Source: a virus (Duplodnaviria > Caudoviricetes). From it: a DNA stretch of 29,855 bases. How positions within the stretch are numbered: position 1 is the stretch's first letter; each line of letters begins with the position of its first letter. The position numbers and the translations under genes are program-made. The notes under the pieces were generated by a model. It was not told the DNA's origin. It worked only from the letters and a program-made list of their open reading frames with translations, and ran no database searches. The stretch is taken from IMG/VR virus record IMGVR_UViG_3300025653_000180, positions 1 to 29,855 of that record, one strand, 5' to 3'. Shown piece after piece: positions 25,093 through 29,855 of this stretch.

Positions 25093-26618
25093 CAGTAGTC
25101 CAGTTGTAATTTACCTTTTTTCATTAAGCCATTGACAAGCCAAACTAAAGCATCAACACAATCATCATGTGAACTAACGCCAAAATTAGTTAGCTCTTCA
25201 AACAAAGTTGTGAAGTTACGATATCTGTTAAATACTATTTTACGCTGTTCAAACATTCCCATGATTCCACGGAATCGTGCTAACTTATCTGCCCTAAATC
25301 CTTTAATGGGATGCCATATCAAATTATATAAATTTTCTTCATTCAAACAAACACGTTTAAAGTCTGCTTCTAAAGAAGCTTGATACTGCACAGCTTCTGA
25401 CCAAATATCACAAGTCGAAAAAGTAGGGAACCATAACCCGTCGTCCTGTCTTCCGATAACAGACCAATCATTTAATAGCTCTTTCAATGCATCTAGTTTT
25501 TCAAGATTACCCATGACACGTAATCGACGGTAATCAATAATATGAATCTTATCTCCAATACGACCACCTAAGACCATTACTGTGTAATCATTTTTTTCCT
25601 TAGTACCTGCTGATAAGTCAACACCAACTCCCAACATGTCAAATTCAGTTGCAATCTCAGCTTTAACTAGAAGCTCTGGCGCTAGTGACAGCTCATTCTG
25701 TCTCACAATCTGATTCATGTATTGAAATGAGAATGCAATAGGGGCTTGCCTCTTCTTCTCCTTTAGGTAATCTAAAGACCACATCTCAGGCCAGTATGAT
25801 TCTTCCTCTCCAGTCTCTTCATTATTTAAGATGGCGGACAACACAATCTGCATCCAGTTGTTTTGAGGACAAAAGGTTGTCGCGTGAATATCATCGTGAC
25901 GAAACCTGGTCCCTAGGCAGATCGCTCGACCACCTTCAAACATCGTCGGTGCAATCACCGCGTTCCAATTGTCCTGCATCATCTTGCGAATGTCTGGGTT
26001 GCCGATATCGGCAGCAGATTTTACAGGGTCATCAATTATCACAAGATGAGAACGCTTTGAAGTCACAGAACCTTTAAGGCCTGCAGCACAAAGCGTAAAC
26101 TGTTCATCACCTGTGGTATCAATACCAGCAAACTTATGATCAATAGACCAGTATTCATTACTGGTTACATTCTTTAAAAGTTTGACTTTTGGAAAAACTT
26201 CTTGATATTTCTTAGATTCAATAATACGTTTAATAGTTGCAGATTTTGATCGTGCAATATCAACCGTATAACTAAGATAAAGAATCTGCAATGGCTTACG
26301 TGCCATTGTATGAATACCTATCGCCCAAGCAGTATATAAACCTAATACAGTACTTTTAGCTGATCCCCGTGGACCTAATAAATCAATATTAGGGCCAGCA
26401 ATTGCTGTAAGGCAACTACTATCTTGATTAGTTACTAATTGTTTATGCCATTCCAGGTGGTGGTTAGCTGGTGGCTTTTCTGCAACATAAGAACAAAAGA
26501 AGCCAAAATCTTCTCTTGCTTTTTCAAAAATATCTTCTTTATCTGTCTTGCGAATACGATGATTTGCAGCTGCCGCTTTAGCGTTACGGCGATACGCAAG
26601 ATGCAGATGAGACGGCAC
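25092..26618 (-). CDS. terL: Terminase large subunit
   Basis: Walker A GPRGSAKST, Walker B LVIIDDP, coupling motif GTRF, and nuclease motifs GVDLS, DYT and HDDCVDA. Confidence 0.95.
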   Translation of the reverse strand: MPSHLHLAYRRNAKAAAANHRIRKTDKEDIFEKAREDFGFFCSYVAEKPPANHHLEWHKQLVTNQDSSCLTAIAGPNIDLLGPRGSAKSTVLGLYTAWAIGIHTMARKPLQILYLSYTVDIARSKSATIKRIIESKKYQEVFPKVKLLKNVTSNEYWSIDHKFAGIDTTGDEQFTLCAAGLKGSVTSKRSHLVIIDDPVKSAADIGNPDIRKMMQDNWNAVIAPTMFEGGRAICLGTRFRHDDIHATTFCPQNNWMQIVLSAILNNEETGEEESYWPEMWSLDYLKEKKRQAPIAFSFQYMNQIVRQNELSLAPELLVKAEIATEFDMLGVGVDLSAGTKEKNDYTVMVLGGRIGDKIHIIDYRRLRVMGNLEKLDALKELLNDWSVIGRQDDGLWFPTFSTCDIWSEAVQYQASLEADFKRVCLNEENLYNLIWHPIKGFRADKLARFRGIMGMFEQRKIVFNRYRNFTTLFEELTNFGVSSHDDCVDALVWLVNGLMKKGKLQLDY

Positions 26619-26649
26619 AATATTTTTTAGGTACTAAGAAAATAGTACT

Positions 26650-26793
26650 CTATTTTTTATTTTTATGTTTCTTGGCAGCACGAGCTGCTTTTAAACCTTT
26701 CTCTGCAGATTTCTCTGCTTCGTCACCTTCTTTTGTTTTATTCTTTTTTGCAAAATACTCCAGCAACTGTGGAGGCATCTTTTTCTTGGCCAT
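26650..26793 (-). CDS. Small basic protein, 47 aa (below the ORF-track cut-off)
   Basis: ATG 26793 to TAG 26650 reads MAKKKMPPQLLEYFAKKNKTKEGDEAEKSAEKGLKAARAAKKHKNKK. Confidence 0.75.
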   Translation of the reverse strand: MAKKKMPPQLLEYFAKKNKTKEGDEAEKSAEKGLKAARAAKKHKNKK

Positions 26794-26797
26794 GGAA

Positions 26798-26998
26798 TTA
26801 CATTCCTAAATTTAATTTATTTTCCTGCTCTTTATCGGGCATTTCAAAATATTGCTCTTCTTCAGAACTATTTTCAAAACTATTCAATAAAGACTGGAAA
26901 GGCTGAGGGCTAGTAACAGCTTGTTTGCGATTGCGATTAATGTCTCCAATGAGATCAAGCAAATCGTTTTTAGCAAAGAAAGTATTTTGTTCTTCCAT
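26798..26998 (-). CDS. Hypothetical acidic protein
   Basis: ATG 26998 with GAGG SD, 4 nt after the upstream stop; 66 aa. Confidence 0.6.
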   Translation of the reverse strand: MEEQNTFFAKNDLLDLIGDINRNRKQAVTSPQPFQSLLNSFENSSEEEQYFEMPDKEQENKLNLGM

Positions 26999-27002
26999 AG
27001 TG

Positions 27003-27578
27003 TTAATCCTCAAATTGTATCCTAGCCCATACAGACATTGATGCTTCCTGTAATGGACCTTCAATAGGATCGTCTTTAAAAATAGAAGCTAATTCTCTTA
27101 ACGCACGATCTGCACCTGCAAGCAATAAACCTTTGCGATCCTTAGAAGATACAAAGGAATCTACTTGAGCAATCGTACCCCTTAGCTCTTTTTGCATTTG
27201 AGCAATACGTGCTACACCTGCATCCCGCTTAACTGCAAAGTTTTCAATATCTTCTCTTAACTTGCGAATGTCTTCTTGCATTTCATTAATTTCATGCAAG
27301 AGAACTTTGTGATGATCAGGTTTTGGATGAACTGCTTTGACCCAATCATCAACACAAATGATACTACCTTCATACCCAAGGAAATGAGCATAAAGGTAAA
27401 TCTGTATAGGGGAAAAGGTATCAGCGGCAAAAGCTGAAAAAGATTCACGTGTTGCGCTGTCTAAATTATCAAGCCAATAATTAAACGTTTGTACGTTTAT
27501 ATCAGAATCGATAGGCGCGTTGAGATTGTTGGTAATCCCTTTCTTCGTCTTGTTCGCTAAAGCGCTGCTGTTGAGCAT
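27003..27578 (-). CDS. Putative terminase small subunit
   Basis: Helical/coiled-coil protein of about 190 aa shortly upstream of TerL. The start is uncertain (ATG 27578) and the function is inferred from position. Confidence 0.45.
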   Translation of the reverse strand: MLNSSALANKTKKGITNNLNAPIDSDINVQTFNYWLDNLDSATRESFSAFAADTFSPIQIYLYAHFLGYEGSIICVDDWVKAVHPKPDHHKVLLHEINEMQEDIRKLREDIENFAVKRDAGVARIAQMQKELRGTIAQVDSFVSSKDRKGLLLAGADRALRELASIFKDDPIEGPLQEASMSVWARIQFED

Positions 27579-27738
27579 TGGTTGTACGTTGTTCACTACC
27601 GGTCGTACCAATATTCTTACGTGTTTGGCGACCTTCTTCTCTCATTTTTTGCTTAGAGGCGCTTACAGCAACACCAGCTGCCTTTTTGTATTTATCGATG
27701 TCAAAATAATCATCGGTTGTTGCGCCAGGGATAGACAT
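27502..27738 (-). CDS. Hypothetical Q/R-rich protein
   Basis: 78-aa ORF with GAGG SD. Confidence 0.7.
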   Translation of the reverse strand: MSIPGATTDDYFDIDKYKKAAGVAVSASKQKMREEGRQTRKNIGTTGSEQRTTNAQQQRFSEQDEERDYQQSQRAYRF

Positions 27739-27758
27739 AATAAGCCTCTATTTAAAAA

Positions 27759-27941
27759 TCAGAAGTTGCTCATCATTGAAGCAAGACCCTGTGAATAGAT
27801 GTCACGGCGTCCTTCAACAGAACGCTGACGTTGCTGACGCATCTTAGATGCTTCCAGCTGGTTAAGAAGGTTTTGAAATTGCTTAAGCTGTGTTGCAGTA
27901 GCGCCTGTATTCTTATCAGATTCGCTTAATTTACCGGACAT
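27759..27941 (-). CDS. Hypothetical protein
   Basis: 60-aa helical Q-rich ORF with TATAAT upstream at about 27974-27969. Confidence 0.7.
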   Translation of the reverse strand: MSGKLSESDKNTGATATQLKQFQNLLNQLEASKMRQQRQRSVEGRRDIYSQGLASMMSNF

Positions 27942-27995
27942 GATGCATAAGATCTATGAACTGTTTTAATTATACTACTACATTAAAAATTTAAT

Positions 27996-28748
27996 CTATG
28001 ACCAGAATCCAGATAATGCACTTTGGAACATACCATAAGTGCTTTGAGTGTTTGCAATTTTTTCAGCAGATGCACCTCTGATTTTATCTGATTCAAGACC
28101 AAAATAACCTTCTAGTTTTGTTCTAGCAGTAGCTCCTTTATCTCTAATTGTTTCTACATCACTCGCACCAGCATTAACAATTTTTTGCAAATCTTTTGCA
28201 CCATTGTCTTTTGCTTTTTGAATCAAAAGATCAAATTTACCTTGTATTGTTTGTCTATCAGTTGCTCCTTGTTCACCAATTTTTTTACGTGCAGTTTCTT
28301 GAATTTGTCCAAACCTATTAGACGCTGCTGCTGCATCAGCTATATACCTATCTGCATCATTTTTTAAACCATTAATTAATGCAGTAGTAGCGCCGGTAAC
28401 TTTAATTCTTTCTAAATCTTGTGCATGTTCACGCGCATCAACCCCTGCAGAGTACTCAGCACCAGTCATGCCTTGATCGGCACCACCTCGATCAATGCGT
28501 ACTTCTAATTCACGGTTAGGTACTTTACCTGTACCTTGTGCAAAACCTTTGGCCTCTTCCCACATTTTATTTGGGCCGCCTGCTCTATTGTCTGGATGAA
28601 TGTATTTAACATTCTTCTTCATCCAGCTAAAGACTTCCTCTGGCGAATAACCATGTCTGGTTGTTGCCATATGATAGTCATAACCGCCAAAGTCAGCACC
28701 TTGGCCATACCGTTTCCTTAAGTCATTAAGAGAAAGTCTTCCTGCCAT
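27996..28748 (-). CDS. Putative internal virion protein
   Basis: 250 aa with quasi-periodic helical A/D/K/I repeats in the C-half. Confidence 0.65.
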   Translation of the reverse strand: MAGRLSLNDLRKRYGQGADFGGYDYHMATTRHGYSPEEVFSWMKKNVKYIHPDNRAGGPNKMWEEAKGFAQGTGKVPNRELEVRIDRGGADQGMTGAEYSAGVDAREHAQDLERIKVTGATTALINGLKNDADRYIADAAAASNRFGQIQETARKKIGEQGATDRQTIQGKFDLLIQKAKDNGAKDLQKIVNAGASDVETIRDKGATARTKLEGYFGLESDKIRGASAEKIANTQSTYGMFQSALSGFWS

Positions 28749-28750
28749 TG

Positions 28751-29179
28751 TTATGCTCCTAAAAATCTTTCCATTTGCGCGTTAGATAAAGCAGTGTAAT
28801 TCTTTTTAAGGCCCTCTCCTACATCATAGCGCCCACTAAATGTTCCAGTATTTTGATCAAATAAAGGGTTACCAATTTGTGCCGCTATAGCATATTGTTC
28901 AGGAGTAATAAAAGAAAGTTGAGCTTGTGGTGTAGAACTCCAAGATTGGGCAGCTAATTGGGATAAACCACGGGGATCACTTGCTCTGTTTGTAGAAGCT
29001 GCAAAGTCATAAATGTCTCGCATTTCTTTCCCTGATGGTTGATATCCACCGAAACCAGCTCCAATCGAACCACCAATGATTTGTTCAGAACTTCTCTTAT
29101 CTAAAAGTTGCTGGAAAGGATCACTTTCTAAACCAAAAGTTCTAGTACCAAACTTACCAACAAGATCACTAAAATCCAT
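28751..29179 (-). CDS. Hypothetical protein
   Basis: 142-aa ORF tightly packed in the operon. Confidence 0.65.
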   Translation of the reverse strand: MDFSDLVGKFGTRTFGLESDPFQQLLDKRSSEQIIGGSIGAGFGGYQPSGKEMRDIYDFAASTNRASDPRGLSQLAAQSWSSTPQAQLSFITPEQYAIAAQIGNPLFDQNTGTFSGRYDVGEGLKKNYTALSNAQMERFLGA

Positions 29180-29185
29180 AATTAA

Positions 29186-29758
29186 TCATCCATAAAACAT
29201 TTGACTAAAGCGGCCTGCTAAGGCTGGAGTAGCCGAACCATATGTTCCCCTTTCGGCAATGCGACCACCTAGTTCACGTCCTGCTACATTCATGTACTTT
29301 GGTGTATTCATAATATCAAACTTACGTTGAGCACCTAATGAACCAAGATTAAAATCGGCAATCTTAGATGCAATGTTTGCACCAGTTGTCAATTCAACTT
29401 GTGTTTCAAGGAGGTTTTCTTGTTGCCGACGTGCTTCGCGTGCTGCTTCTGTCCGAGAACGAGCAGAGTTTCCTCCCAAAAGACCACCAAGTACACCAAT
29501 AGCGCCAGAAGCAATAGCACCACCTGCAGGACCACCAAAAACATTACCTAAGATGCCCCCTATACCTTGAGCTGCTTGAGTAGCACCAGAAGAACCAGAA
29601 GAGCCAAAACCGCCATAGTCAGCATTTAAATTAAAAACACCAGGATCAAAGCCGGTAAAGGTGCCACCACCTGAGCCAAAGCCTCCTGAGCCAAAGCCTG
29701 AAGAAATCGGGCTCCAAGAGTTTGCACCTAAGCCAAAATTAGATGAATAATCGAACAC
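29186..29758 (-). CDS. Gly-rich putative DNA pilot/ejection protein
   Basis: GTG start with GGGAG SD. It has G/F/S repeats, a glycine-zipper hydrophobic segment and then a charged helix. Confidence 0.65.
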   Translation of the reverse strand: MFDYSSNFGLGANSWSPISSGFGSGGFGSGGGTFTGFDPGVFNLNADYGGFGSSGSSGATQAAQGIGGILGNVFGGPAGGAIASGAIGVLGGLLGGNSARSRTEAAREARRQQENLLETQVELTTGANIASKIADFNLGSLGAQRKFDIMNTPKYMNVAGRELGGRIAERGTYGSATPALAGRFSQMFYG

Positions 29759-29796
29759 TTTTCTCCCTATCCTGTTTTTATTTTAACTGGTTAAAA

Positions 29797-29855
29797 TCAA
29801 AGGTTAATATAATCTCTGTTTGAAAATGCAGGTCGTATTGCTTGTGATGCAAAGA
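29797..29855 (-). CDS. Probable 3' end of an upstream gene (truncated by window edge)
   Basis: Open frame ...FASQAIRPAFSNRDYINL* ends at TGA 29799-29797. Confidence 0.35.
   Translation of the reverse strand, partial: FASQAIRPAFSNRDYINL

Noticed and set aside
29670-29700. Short direct repeat CCTGAGCCAAAGCC
   Set aside because: It encodes the GFGSG peptide repeat within a gene and is not a CRISPR or mobile-element repeat.
1-29855. tRNA, rRNA, CRISPR array, IS element, or inteins in TerL/portal
   Set aside because: None were recognised by eye. Intergenic gaps are short and TerL is of normal length with contiguous motifs. A covariance-model scan would be needed to exclude small RNAs.

Overview
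This window is a segment of a tailed dsDNA phage genome, most likely a cyanophage. The host inference rests on an NblA-like gene, a cyanobacterial-type dCTP deaminase and small ORFs of the kind seen in cyanophages. Most genes lie on the minus strand and form a packaging and morphogenesis region: Gly/Gln-rich putative internal proteins, putative TerS, TerL, portal, scaffold, major capsid protein, further structural genes, a SleB-like hydrolase, a GH24 lysozyme and a truncated tail-fibre-like gene. A short plus-strand block encodes an HTH protein, a Dam-like methyltransferase homologue, dcd and a DUF3310 protein. The standout feature is a small basic-protein gene missed by the ORF track (24083..23772, minus). 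It is interrupted by a 27-nt in-frame insert, TCG|TAGCC-GTAA-GGCTA-ACTA-ATTATT-TCG, which looks like a miniature T4 gene 60 ribosomal-bypass (hop) element and sits directly upstream of a free-standing HNH-type endonuclease. Other notable items are a 593-nt portal/scaffold dual-coding overlap, a 13-residue motif shared by four small basic proteins, two similar leader hairpins next to -10 boxes, and a degenerate integrase/excisionase-like pair. All family assignments come from motif recognition by eye; no database searches were run.
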